DNA from: Eukaryota sp. GEM-RC1
Taxonomy: Eukaryota
Reading direction: 5' to 3'
DNA: 64,000 bases
Assembly (NCBI GenBank): GCA_040285855.1
Contig: JAUFOQ010000016.1
Location: 2,480,001 to 2,544,000, forward strand
Below the pieces are notes generated by a model. It did no database searches. It saw only the letters and a list, made by a program, of their open reading frames with translations, and was not told the DNA's origin. Below are positions 48,321-59,635 of this stretch, piece by piece (position 1 is the stretch's first letter; the number at the start of each line of letters is the position of its first letter). Both the position numbers and the translations under genes were made by a program.

Positions 48321-49475
48321 ATTACCACTACTACTAGTAGAACATCCAAATCATACAAGTTATTTATTTTGTTGATAAAGAACATGTTAAAACGACCATC
48401 TACATCAGCTGCTTATTGGTACTGCGATTTGTAGTGTTGAGAGAAATAGGATAATTCGCAGAATATAATTGGCCAATGTTGCAACGTTTGAACATTATAT
48501 CAATGAATGCAACCTTCCGAACTTCTCTGTATTTACTCCATAAAAACATGCGGTTTCAAACTGTACATCTTTCAAGCAAGCTCATGATTGAGAGATGAAG
48601 CTTGATTTATTTGGTAGATGAGATCTCTTTAATCTTACTTCACGCAAAAGCTTCTTCTGGTTTCTCTGAATACTTACACCAAGTTTCGTAGAGGCTTGAC
48701 TTGTTATGGAGTCCTAAAAAATTTGAAGGAACGCTGCTACGATTGATCATTGGAAAGAGTCTTCATCAATTGTTTCAATTAGATCATTCCTCGACTTTAT
48801 GCATTAAAACTCATTGTTGGATCTTTTGTTGGGTTCGACCATTTGTTTCGTGAAAAAACAACTAGTACAACAGAGCATCCTGAAATTGTACATCGACATT
48901 TAAACAAAAAAATCAATGTTCCTATGATCAGTCACCTCAATCAGTATTGACAATTGATGATGTGATTTGAGTAAGGCGGTTTTCTTGAATCCAGCAAAGT
49001 TGAACCAATAAAACATCATAAGGTACCAATGAGAACAAAGAATCGATGCTATCAAACTAGATAAAAATTTCCGTCACTTCATGGGATCAAAAAAATCCCA
49101 TTACAATGTTTATTGCTCAAAAAAAACAAGATTTATTTAAAACAAAAAAATTAAATAGGTACGAATAGTTGCAAAAGGTGCAAAATGGATGAAATAAAAT
49201 GCACCGAAGCACACCAAAACACACTACTTTTCCGAATTTTGACAGACACATGTACGAAAAATACTGCAAGTATTAATTGTAACTGTCGGATTTTGCAATA
49301 TATATCTTGATCAAAAGTCACAACATTAAATAAAGCGCAAAAACAATAATCAGAATTCAGAAACAGAATAAATTAAATGGTTAAACGAGCAAAATTATCC
49401 TAATCAATAAAATTGAAACTGTTATTATCAAAAACCAATACCTCGAAACATTAACAAGTCAAAAGATTTGAATTA

Positions 49476-50446
49476 TCACAAATTAATTACAATACCACTG
49501 AATAAACTTGACTTCTGAAGAATTCCTTGTTTTGTAGAGAACAACAAAGAACCATTTCTCCTTCCGGAATGGAACTCAAATGAACAAACTTTAGGCGCGC
49601 ATTCCTCACCAATAAAAGAAAACACAGCAAAACCTTCTTCAATTGACGAAAGACTGGCAATATAAGTGTTGATTAAATATTTTAAATAAATTGAATCTGC
49701 TAACAGTTCGATATGTGACTGGTAAACAGTTCGATTACTAGCATCGAAATCCAAAAGAGGTACAATCAAAGAATAACCATTTTGAAAGGCTCCAACCCAG
49801 TCCAAGACATCAGGTTCATGAGCAGATTCAAACGACGAGACATCAGGACATGAGAACTGTAGAGATGAGTGAGACCAAGAAGGAGATGATTGGGAAAGAA
49901 GAGTTACGGTCTCAGGCAGAAGCAGTTCTTGATCTGAAGTGGTTGACAGAGTGAAGGTTAAGCTGGGAAGTCGACTAAGAGAGAGAAGAATGTCAAAGTA
50001 TCGTTTTGACGTTAGGTTTAACTCTGAGAGATTGATGTCTGCAGTATAAAACTCAGAGGAAGAGGAGGAGGAGGAAGAAGAAGATCGTTTAGAAGGTAGG
50101 CCTGTGGCAAGGGAGAGATCTCGCTTTAGGGAGATATAGCAGGATGTTTTGTGAATACACATGGACAGGTCCTGCTGAGGATGACTTAAAGGAGAAGTGG
50201 CGATGAGATCGGAAGATGTAATATGTCGTGTAACAAATTGGGGTGACAGAAGGTCTGAAGGTTTGCAATTAATGGTGACAATATTATTAGGTGGTTTTAA
50301 GTCTTGATTGGGCGATGGAAATGAAGTAGTGACATAGATTGATTTGGTGAAAAATGACGATCTAACTGGGAGAAAAGAGTAGCATCAGCTCCAATAGCAC
50401 CCCTAGTAGTCCATACTCGATTAGGTGGGGGAGAAGACAAGAACAT
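49476..50446 (-). CDS. RPP40: RNase P/MRP subunit Rpp40-like (one -1 frameshift near 50352)
   Basis: The frame of ORF 49476-50162 is open upstream: DLLSPQFVTRHI...YISLKRDLSLATGL...DVLDWVGAF resembles Rpp40 ELITPEFISTFI...ILSLDKDTYEETGL...ELFDWLGAV. The ATG at 50446 is reached via a missing T in a T-run. Confidence 0.6.
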
Positions 50447-50994
50447 TGTTTGTGCAGCTGTTTTTCGAATCCATCTCTGTCGTTTTCAATGAATTTGCAC
50501 TGTCCCACAATATGATGTCTCTAAACATCATTCATGTATGTAACAGAAAGGGGTTCTATTTCGGTACTCTGATCGATCGTTCTTTGACTATCTGTTTAAT
50601 TAGTCTGGATATGGTGTTAGTCTGAACTAGAATCAGTCTGGTCCAACCCCTTTCTTATTTTCAGAGTCTAGAAACCCTTTGAATAGCATCGTTCCTATTG
50701 TTTTTACAACAATTCCCCTCAATTCGTCTCCAACGTTGTTTAAAATGTCTGTTCCTTTCAAAAGGATAGCTTCGGTAGAATTTGAAAGCGACGGATGTTC
50801 TTATAATGATATCAAAGACCAGTTCTTAAACCGATTGGTGTGCTGTTATGGAGACATAATTTCAAGGTCATCATACCGTGTCATAGCTGAACCGCTTGGA
50901 ATTCGACTTGGGAATGTAGACAGTGACGTGAAGAAGCTGTTTCAATGGAAAAACTTAATACGTGCGACATTTATTGCCAATTTTGTATCGCAGT

Positions 50995-51987
50995 TGTTGC
51001 TCAAACTAGAAGCAAGGGAAAGAACTTTTATGAATAAGAAAACCCATACTATAAGACGATGACGATCCACGTCATCACTCGTCAACACTACCTCTTCTTT
51101 CTCTTTTCGAAGAGATACTTTCCAGAGGATTCAAGAAATGATTGGCGTAATTAGACGATGTGCTTATGGAATTCACTTGATGGACTTTGAGAGGACATTC
51201 TCTTGCAAAATGACCCGTTTTGTTGCACTTGAAACAAGTACCTTCTTGTAACCGTGAAGAGCGTGTGAAAGTCCTACTACGTTTCACGTCACTGTTCGTA
51301 CTTGGAATATCAGAGTCAAGAGATTCATTTCGGGTGTCTCTCTTTGTCCATAAAGACACTCGGGCAAGATCGACTAGCTCGTCGGTAAGGGTAGATACCA
51401 AAGAAGGCAAGTCTGTGATGAGAGAATCTTTTATCCTTGATATCAAGGACGAGCGTAAGCCTGAAGGGTAAACACCCTTCGCAAACCGGATAAGAAGAGA
51501 GGAGTCAGGTAAACCAATCCCGGAAGCCCTACTACGTACCTGTAGGAATTGCCAAAGGTAAGCGGACACACGTTCACGGGGGTTCCCTATACGGACATCC
51601 AGTTTCAGCTTATCAGCGGCTGCTACGAATTCTTCATAACTGCTAAATACAATTAGAGACTGAAGATGCTCCAGGAAGGCATCATCCGAAGCGTTGCACT
51701 CAGGGTTGCAAAGGACAAGCGCTTCTAACAGGAAAGGATCTGCGAGTAATCGAGCTGGTACTAAAACCTTTTTGTCACAGACGGAACGATAAGTCTTCCA
51801 TTGTTGAATGAAAGAACAGATCTCCTCTTCGTCTAGGGAAGACAGACTGGGTCGCGTGTGTAAACAGGACGACATAGAAAGGCACAATAATTATTGTTGC
51901 TCAAACTAGAAGCAAGGGAAAGAACTTTTATGAATAAGAAAACCCATACTATAAGACGATGACGATCCACGTCATCACTCGTCAACA
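50995..51987 (-). mobile_element. Gag-only mini LTR retroelement (993 bp)
   Basis: Identical 93-bp LTRs (50995-51087, 51895-51987) with TGTTG...CAACA ends; perfect 4-bp TSD CAGT; PPT AAAAGAGAAAGAAGAGGTAG adjacent to the 3' LTR. Confidence 0.93.
51075..51875 (-). CDS. Retrotransposon Gag with CCHC zinc knuckle
   Basis: Intact ORF from MSSCLHTRP; CFKCNKTGHFAREC knuckle; the stop codon lies inside the 3' LTR. Confidence 0.85.
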   Translation of the reverse strand: MSSCLHTRPSLSSLDEEEICSFIQQWKTYRSVCDKKVLVPARLLADPFLLEALVLCNPECNASDDAFLEHLQSLIVFSSYEEFVAAADKLKLDVRIGNPRERVSAYLWQFLQVRSRASGIGLPDSSLLIRFAKGVYPSGLRSSLISRIKDSLITDLPSLVSTLTDELVDLARVSLWTKRDTRNESLDSDIPSTNSDVKRSRTFTRSSRLQEGTCFKCNKTGHFARECPLKVHQVNSISTSSNYANHFLNPLESISSKRERRGSVDE

Positions 51988-52130
51988 CAGTCCAAAGTTA
52001 AACACAATTCTTACACGAAAACTGAAAACCTGATGTTTGATTGCGATTTGGTTTGGTACACTGACAATGGTTCTGGTTTGTCTGGTTCAAGTATTGAGGA
52101 CAACATCCAGACCATACCATTCATACCATG

Positions 52131-54619
52131 TAGGGCTGTCAATTTCTCCCAACTCCCACCCAACTCCCATGACCCTTGGGAGTGGGAGCTTCAGTAGCAA
52201 TTTTTGGGAGTGGGAGCTCTTCTTTGGGAGGTGTGAACTCCGAAAAACTCCCATCTCCCATTTGCAGACACAACTCTAACTTCAATTTTAAGACAGAAAC
52301 AAGCTAGCTAGACAAATACAGTTATATTTTTTCTAGAATATTAATAGGACTAAGTGTATTACATTTTTACTGTTTTTGTTTTGGCATTTTATTTATTTTC
52401 GTTTTATAAAGAGTGTGGTTGTTCATCTGTAAATTTCAACCAATGTCATCGCTTGATTTATATGAAGATTATGAAGTCCAAATACTGTCAGAACGACTTT
52501 ATGAAGCTGCTGAAGACCCTGAACCCGAGCTTGTTGATTTGACTCAACCTTCAAGAGTTCGGTCTGTTATTTCTCCTACATCCGGACGAAAAAAACCATC
52601 TCCTTGGTGGTCTCTTGTCGAAGAATTTGTAAACAACCAGTCTCTGTTGAGTGCCGGAGAAAATGGAACAACAAGTATCCGGTGCATTGTGTGCAAATCT
52701 GTGTACAAATATGGCGAAAAGCTCTTTACTTCTTCAATTAAAGACCATTGCACGAGGAAACATTGTGACGATGAACGTGTTATCGCAATCTTACCTGAGA
52801 AAAAACCCGATCTGAGACAGCCCAAGCTGTTCCCCACTGAAAAAAAAAGACCCCCGGAAACTATTGTTGACACTTATTGTTAATGGCTCATTGCCTTTTA
52901 GTCTGGTTGAGCACCCTGATTTTATCGAATTTGTTTCCTCTCTTTCAGATTCATTCAAAATTCCAAAACGAACCACGATAAGAAACGATATTTTGAATGT
53001 TTATGAGTTATTTAAAGGATACTTGATAGATAAATTCAAAAATGTGTGTAATTCTTCTAAAGTATCTATTACGATTGATGGGTGGACATCAAATACAAAC
53101 ACACATTTTATTGGGGTAACAGTTCACTGTGTTGAAGACTGGCAATTAAACACTTACGTCCTCGGTTTTAAGCATTTGAAAGAAAACCACACTGCCATCA
53201 ACATTGCTGATGCTGTGGAAGAAATTATCACTGAATTTGGCTTGAAAGAAAATGTGTTGTGTTTAACTACTGATAATGAAAACACAATGACCAGTGTTAA
53301 AAATTTACTGCAACAGAGAGGTATTATTGACTTTCATAGAGGTTGTGCTCCCCATACTCTTAATTTAATTGTTAAAGCAGGAATTGAGGTTTTAAATTCC
53401 AGAAATGACTCGATTCCAAAAATTCGGACTTTTGCGAAGAAGCTTCACACCTCATCGACGACCGTAGAAGCTTTTCGAAAGATGTTGGTAGCTGAAGATT
53501 TAAATCGTACCAGTACAATTCCAGTGGATGTAGAAATTAGATGGAATTCTACTTACCTAATGATCAAAAGGTACGTGGAATTGAAAATTGTGGTTGAACG
53601 AACACTTGCTGGTGCTGAAACTTTGAATGACTTAAAAATTCATGACTACGCTGATATCGAATCTTTCCTGGACCTTTTGAATCCTTTTTCGAAGCAACAA
53701 AGGAGTTTTCCACCTCTTCTTATCCCTCATTCGGCAAAGTAATTATTATTCTTGACTACTTAGGTGATCACTTGATTGAACAACAAAAAATTGCTTTACA
53801 GAAAGGAGATATCCTGCTTAATGATATTATTGATGCTATGTTTGTCGTCATGAGAAAATACTATGATGATTTCTGGAGATTCGAAAACATTTTAGCCACG
53901 TTCCTGGATCCTCGCATCAAGTTAAATCACTCAGCATTGAGTGAAATCGAAAGCAAAATTTTTCTGGAACAATTGAAAACGCAATTGATATGTGAGGAAG
54001 AAGCTGCCAAAAAAATGAAGCCTGAAGAGGAGAACAAGCCTAAAGAGAAGGAAAAACCCCAAACAGGGCTAATGAAAACCGCATTAGGTAAAAGAAGAAC
54101 TGGTAAAACGTCTGAAGGGAAAGGGAGTGCTCAGACCGAAGTGCTAAGATACACCATGGAAGAAACTGTTGAAACTGAAGCAACAGACTGGTGGAAACAG
54201 AATTTCAACAGGTATCCACGACTATCCGCATATGCCAAGAACTATATGACAGCACAAGCCTCATCAGTTCCAAGTGAACAGTTATTTTCTCAGGCAGGGT
54301 GTGTTGTTACGAAGTTAAGAGCTTCCTTGAGTAGTGATTCTATTGAAGCAGTACTTTGTTTGAAATCTTGGTTCAAATGTCGGGAGATGAGAGAGTTGTT
54401 CATGAATCAGAGATAGAGTTAGTGATTGTTATGTTTATAAAGTAAAGTGTCATTGTACTAGAAGATACAAAAATGGGAGTTGGGTGGGAGTTGGGAGAAT
54501 TTGTTGGGAGTGGGAGTGGGAGTGGGAGTCTCACCTATGACCAAGTGGGAGGTGGGAGTGGTAGTGGGAGAACACGTGTTGGGAGTGGGAGAAACTCCCA
54601 TCTCCCATTGGCAGCCCTA
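52131..54619 (+). mobile_element. hAT DNA transposon, full length
   Basis: TIRs TAGGGCTGTCAAT/ATTGGCAGCCCTA (12/13 match); 8-bp TSD ATACCATG/TTACCATG; dense subterminal TGGGAG/CTCCCA repeats. Confidence 0.93.
52443..54416 (+). CDS. hAT transposase (BED finger, DDE, dimerization domain); 2 homopolymer frameshifts
   Basis: W...F...RCIVC...SSIKDHCTRKH, SITIDGW, TTDNE, GCAPHTLNLIV, RWNSTYLM, WWKQN..RYPRL...ASSVPSEQLFS; shifts near 52850 and 53688. Confidence 0.92.
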
Positions 54620-54663
54620 TTACCATGTGAATTCCTTCTTTGAAGTTTATTTATTCTCTTACA

Positions 54664-56450
54664 ATGAACATGTATGTGGTTGCTACTATTCTACTGCTGG
54701 TTAGCTTCAGCATTGCAGATGAGCCCGATTTCTCCAATATTGATGCTTGGTTCGATTTTACTCTAACCTCTCCAGGAGGTGGATATGCAATCGTTACTAA
54801 AGACGAGATCATTCATACACATGTCACAGGAGTCAGAGACCGAGCGACTGAAGATCCCGTAACTGTTGAAACCTATTTCCCGATTGCAAGTATCACCAAG
54901 ACAATGACTTCATTGCTGATCCACAATCTCACTCTTGAGGGAAAGTGTTCTTGGAACAGCCGTATTGTTTCTATACTTCCCTTTTGGGAATGTGGGGATC
55001 CTGTCCGTTCATCAATGATGACATTGCAAGATTTAGTTTATCATCAAACGGGATTTGGGGCTTACAGCGGATCTTTTCCATCCTTCACCAATCCAGAACT
55101 TAGCCTCCGAGATTACATATACAGCCTGAAGTTTTTCATGCCGTTAGCTGAGTTCCGTGCTCCAACGTTCCTCTACAACAACGCCGCATTTTCTCTTGCT
55201 GGCTATGTTGCAGAGTACCTCGAAGATATGGATTTTAAAGACTTAATACAGGAACGAATCTTGAATCAACTGGATTCTCAACCTAAGGGTTACTATTCAC
55301 TCGCTGACCTTGAAGAGGATGGCGTAGAATACTCTCAGGGTTACATGGAAGATGAGGAAGGTAATCTTTATGAGCCGGATCAGGTCCGTAATGAAGCACT
55401 TAGTCACAGCAGTGCTCCTGCCGGGGGTTAGCTCTTTCTCTGAAAGGATTGGCTGAATTTGCTCAGTGGTTCATGCCTATAATCAGCAACTCCTCCCATG
55501 CTGCAATGACAGAAATGGGAAACTTCTTTCCTGTACCAGCACGGGTGTTTCCTTCTTTAGATTGGATGACCATTTCTCCTGTAGGCGTCGGACGTGGTGT
55601 TTTCATCTCTGACGTTTGGGGGACCCGATGCTACTCACATAATGGGAATTCCTTTGGACATTCATCTTTTTTTGTTGTTTGTCCTGAAGTTGATTATGGT
55701 TTCGCTGGTCTCAACAACCTTTACGCAGCCAATGATAACCTCGAAAATGCTGCATTTTCAGGACTGTATCAATATCTGTATGGAGGTGTTCCTCCTCCAC
55801 CAGAAACTGAAACATTATCCCATTTCTCTCTTAAGAAAGAAACCAAGTTTGGATCAAGTTTCAAAGATGATTTCTCTCCAGAGCCAACAAAGTTCGACAC
55901 TGTAACCCCTGTTCAAAGTGATATTCCTCCAACTGTTTCCATCACAGATTTTGATGAAACCCAAACAGAGTGGCATCATCCCTTCTCTGGAGTTCTTACT
56001 GCAGTTCTAGGAGATTCTATTGTTGAGTCCGATTGGAGTTACAATCATTTACCTATGGTTCTCTCACATTGGCATAGCAATTCTTACTGGGCTGATTCCG
56101 CATATGGTAGGTTAGTCGTCCAGTTTGTCAGATGTCCAGTTACTGGAATAATCACCTCAGTAAAAATCTTCTTTGGTGGTGAGAATTATCTCTTCACTTC
56201 TGCAAGTTATTTACGTGAAGATGTGTCTTTTAAACCCAACGATGCAGCCACCCAGGACCCTAGGGTGGTGAAGTTTGTTGAACCCGCTGTTCACACTAAC
56301 AACATGCCAATTGCTTTAATTCTTGGAGCTCTTGTTGGTTTAATTGCCTCTGGGGGTGTTGGAGGATTGATGTTCTATTTGATTAGAAAGACTTTAGGTC
56401 CTCAACAGGAATCCTATGCTCTTAATCCGTTGACATCTAACAAGGTCTAA
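54664..56450 (+). CDS. Secreted, C-terminally anchored beta-lactamase (AmpC/PBP-like) serine hydrolase; one -1 frameshift near 55425
   Basis: Signal peptide (MYVVATILLLVSFSIA); catalytic motifs SxxK (ASITK), YxN (YNN) and HxG (HNG); PAGG; C-terminal TM (IALILGALVGLIASGGVGGLMFYLI) and a short tail. Confidence 0.85.
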
Positions 56451-57704
56451 TTTTGATGTATATATTTGTTTTCTATAAATTCTACTTTTTGTATGTCTTT
56501 TTGCTGTACATTATAACAGAAATATTTGAACCTTCGATGGTTCGTTGACGGTTGATGATTTCATATCTACCCAAGTTTTCTTTAATTTCTGACTTTTTTA
56601 GAACAAAAACTCGAGTTTGGTTAATAGTACAAATTCAATGCGTGAAATACTTCAACCAAACTGAGCAGACTTATTATATTTTTGCAGTGATTTCCAGTGT
56701 GTTTAATGAAAACTTTTGTCTGGTTTTTCATTTGCTGTTTTGATGGATAAATATTAGTGATGCATCTTATGAAAAATAAACAATCTTCTGTTCATTGTGT
56801 TTCTAAAATAACCATGTCATTTGTTCCAGTGTCTGGAGTCTCATAGATATTGGTTTATACATGAGTTACATTTCACTAAAAGTCATTGATATCTGTTAGA
56901 GGCTGCTTGTCAGCTTTACCTAGATCTTTAGAGGTCATGTGGTAATGATTTGATCCACAGTCCTTTATTTAGGAGTCATTGGCATGGTAAGTTGTGGCAA
57001 TTGATATGAATTTATGTCCACTAAGAAATATACAGTGTTTAGGAATTTTTGATTCAGAGCATCGAATAGGGCTACATGATCATTTTATTTAAACAAACAA
57101 TATGCTAAATGAGAGTTCAGTCAGAATCATCTTTGTTTTACTGCAATTAGTGCATTAACACAAGCAACAAAGTCTTCCACAATTACAATTGTACATGTAC
57201 ACTAGGTACATGTGAGTGCTGCTAAGATTATTTAGTTTCTATTAGGTTGCACGAATTTTTTCCGGCAAAAGAAGGAAGCAATTGTAGTTGGAAAATTTCA
57301 TTATTTTTTGAATAGATATTTAATTTACTACTTAAATTACATGTAAACTTCAAAGAAAAAACCTTTCTAACGATTTTTAAACTGATTCGAAAAAATATTT
57401 TTGCTAAATCGTCCACTCATGTCTCTTCAGGAATGAAGCTTTCAATCTTTCTTTGGTAAATTAAATCCGTTTTGTACAACTAGAATTTAGTTAACAAACA
57501 AGAAGACACAAAGCCTTTAGTATTAACAGAACCAAAAAAGAACACACGAATATTATAAACAAAAATTAACTAAACATTAAACAAACGGCTGAATACAACA
57601 AACAAAGACGACAGTACCGAATAAACAAACTACACGTAATAATAATAAAAACTCTTCAAAAACAGATCTCATATAAAAGAGCACATCAGAAAGAACACTA
57701 CCTA

Positions 57705-59594
57705 TCAAAAACTAACAAAATCCGGCCATGGTGTGACAGACTTCTCGAAACTAGGAATATGACTAAAGAAATCGAAATCAAAACAAGAATTTCCCTTAGT
57801 TTGGTCCACTGCATTCTGAACAACACCAGATACCATACTCAAATGACTTTTAACAAAACTTCCACACAAAACTCTAACAAAAGATTCACCTGATCCAGTC
57901 TCAACATACGTGACGTAAATCAGCTGACCATCTTGTTTTCCATTAGAATATATAATATTTGGATCGTCATAATCTTGAGTTTCAGAAAAGAACATATTTA
58001 AAGAAGATCTAATAGTTCTAAAAAGAACAGCCTTGTTGATGTCAGAGTCTACTTTAATCATAGTACCGGTTGCACAAGTAACAAAGAACTTTGTACAATG
58101 AGACAGAACATCAGTGTTTCTTATCGAGTGCCAGTCTAAGATCTTGGTACTTCCATCAGCATGGTACAAAACACCAAATTTAAAAACATTTAAATTTGAG
58201 AAATTTCGTACGCCACCACAATTATCAAAAAGTTTTCGATCAATGTCAACCTTCACCAATTGCGGAACATTAAAAACAATAATTTCACCAGTCGAAGGCG
58301 TATAAATTCGAGGAACATCATTCGAATATTTAGAACTTTTCAAATGTTGTCGTAAAATCGCCATCTTCTTCCTTTCCGAATGAACCAAAACTAAATTCTT
58401 TGGCTTTAATCCCTTAATTAACCTATTCAAACCCAATCCATCAGAATGAGCTGAAAACTCTAACTGAGCAATCTTACAATTGATTGGAACAACAACGCCA
58501 TCAATCTCAATCGACGTCACGTCACCATTTAAAACCTTAGCAGCCAACGTATTAGAAACACAATACCCAGGCAAAATCACCGTGTTCTTGGCATCACCAG
58601 CCCACCTCTTAAACAACTCTAACGCAGTGCCACCCTGTAACATTGCTGGAGCTGCAAATACAACGCACGGTTGGTTTGCAGAGACAGCAGTCCAAGAGAA
58701 AGGAGTGACCTTCTTGTACTTGAGACTCTGTTGAAAGGATAGCCATGAACCATAGTGAGAGTAAGGCACGTCAGCATGGGAAGAGAGACCTGTTGAGAAG
58801 AAAACTGGAATGTCGATATCATTGTTATTCCAATAGTTATCCACGGTGATACAAATCTCCTGCATTCTACCTAGTCCAGTTGAGGGAACTAAAACCTTTC
58901 CCCCATTGGAGACAGTGTTGTGGATGATGGAGAGGAAGGAATGATCACGGTCTGCAGTGTTGATGCGAGGGACAGTCATTGCAGTGGCTTCTGAGATGAG
59001 AATGTCAGTCTTGAGATGAAGAGGTATAGAAGGGCAGAGATGACGATCTGGAAGGGGAGTAAAGTCTCCAGTATAGAAGATTGAGGTACCAGCACATTCC
59101 AGGTAGACCATTGCAGCTCCAAGAATGTGACCAGCTGGGTATAGAGTGAAGGAGACGTCAGAAACGGTTACTGTTTGGTAGAAAGAGACTGGCTTTACCC
59201 TGGAAAGGGCGTGTTCAACTTGAGATGACGTGATTGTAGAACCAGATGCTCTCATTGAGACTTTGATTAAATCTTCGAGGATTAAGGGAGCAATGGCTTT
59301 AGTGGGATGAGTCATGAAGATGGGAACAGCTGATCTCATAAGAGAGGGAAGAATGGGAAGTGCTCCAATGTGGTCCAAGTGAAAATGAGATATGATGACT
59401 GCAACAATAGATGAGATATTGATATCTGCAGTGCTTAGAGGTGGGAATCGGTCTTTATGAGCTCCCATATGAACACCACAATCTAAAATAACAGAACGTT
59501 GTTCATCATCAGCACCCTTGAAGGATATAACAAAACAGGATCTTCCCACCTCTAAACCTGCACCTAACACGTTAATTGTGATCGTTGTTTCCAT
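57705..59594 (-). CDS. INTS11: Integrator subunit 11 / CPSF3-like beta-CASP endonuclease
   Basis: LGAGLEVGRSC, DCGVHMG, SHFHLDHIGALP, AGHILGA, YTGDF, PGYCV, FSAHSD, LVHSE..KM..L. These signatures fit INTS11/CPSF73-II better than CPSF73. Confidence 0.85.
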   Translation of the reverse strand: METTITINVLGAGLEVGRSCFVISFKGADDEQRSVILDCGVHMGAHKDRFPPLSTADINISSIVAVIISHFHLDHIGALPILPSLMRSAVPIFMTHPTKAIAPLILEDLIKVSMRASGSTITSSQVEHALSRVKPVSFYQTVTVSDVSFTLYPAGHILGAAMVYLECAGTSIFYTGDFTPLPDRHLCPSIPLHLKTDILISEATAMTVPRINTADRDHSFLSIIHNTVSNGGKVLVPSTGLGRMQEICITVDNYWNNNDIDIPVFFSTGLSSHADVPYSHYGSWLSFQQSLKYKKVTPFSWTAVSANQPCVVFAAPAMLQGGTALELFKRWAGDAKNTVILPGYCVSNTLAAKVLNGDVTSIEIDGVVVPINCKIAQLEFSAHSDGLGLNRLIKGLKPKNLVLVHSERKKMAILRQHLKSSKYSNDVPRIYTPSTGEIIVFNVPQLVKVDIDRKLFDNCGGVRNFSNLNVFKFGVLYHADGSTKILDWHSIRNTDVLSHCTKFFVTCATGTMIKVDSDINKAVLFRTIRSSLNMFFSETQDYDDPNIIYSNGKQDGQLIYVTYVETGSGESFVRVLCGSFVKSHLSMVSGVVQNAVDQTKGNSCFDFDFFSHIPSFEKSVTPWPDFVSF

Positions 59595-59635
59595 TGTGTG
59601 AAAGGCAAAAGGAGAAGGTGATCGAGTTCAAGGAC

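Larger units (their letters stand above)
50745..54643 (+). pseudogene. Small hypothetical gene (134 aa) interrupted by two transposons
   Basis: Removing the gag element and the hAT (one TSD copy each) joins 50745-50994, 51992-52130 and 54628-54643 into a stop-free 405-nt ORF, MSVPFKRIAS...NFVSQSKVKHNSY...IPFIPCEFLL*. Confidence 0.65.

Noticed and set aside
46700..49130. Decayed coding-like sequence (possible TE or viral relic; possible CRE RT remnant near 48700-49000)
   Set aside because: Many stops and no motif I can identify with confidence.
54470..54610. Telomere-like or G-quadruplex repeat (TGGGAG)n
   Set aside because: It mirrors the CTCCCA/TGGGAG repeats at the other hAT end and is explained as subterminal transposase-binding sites.
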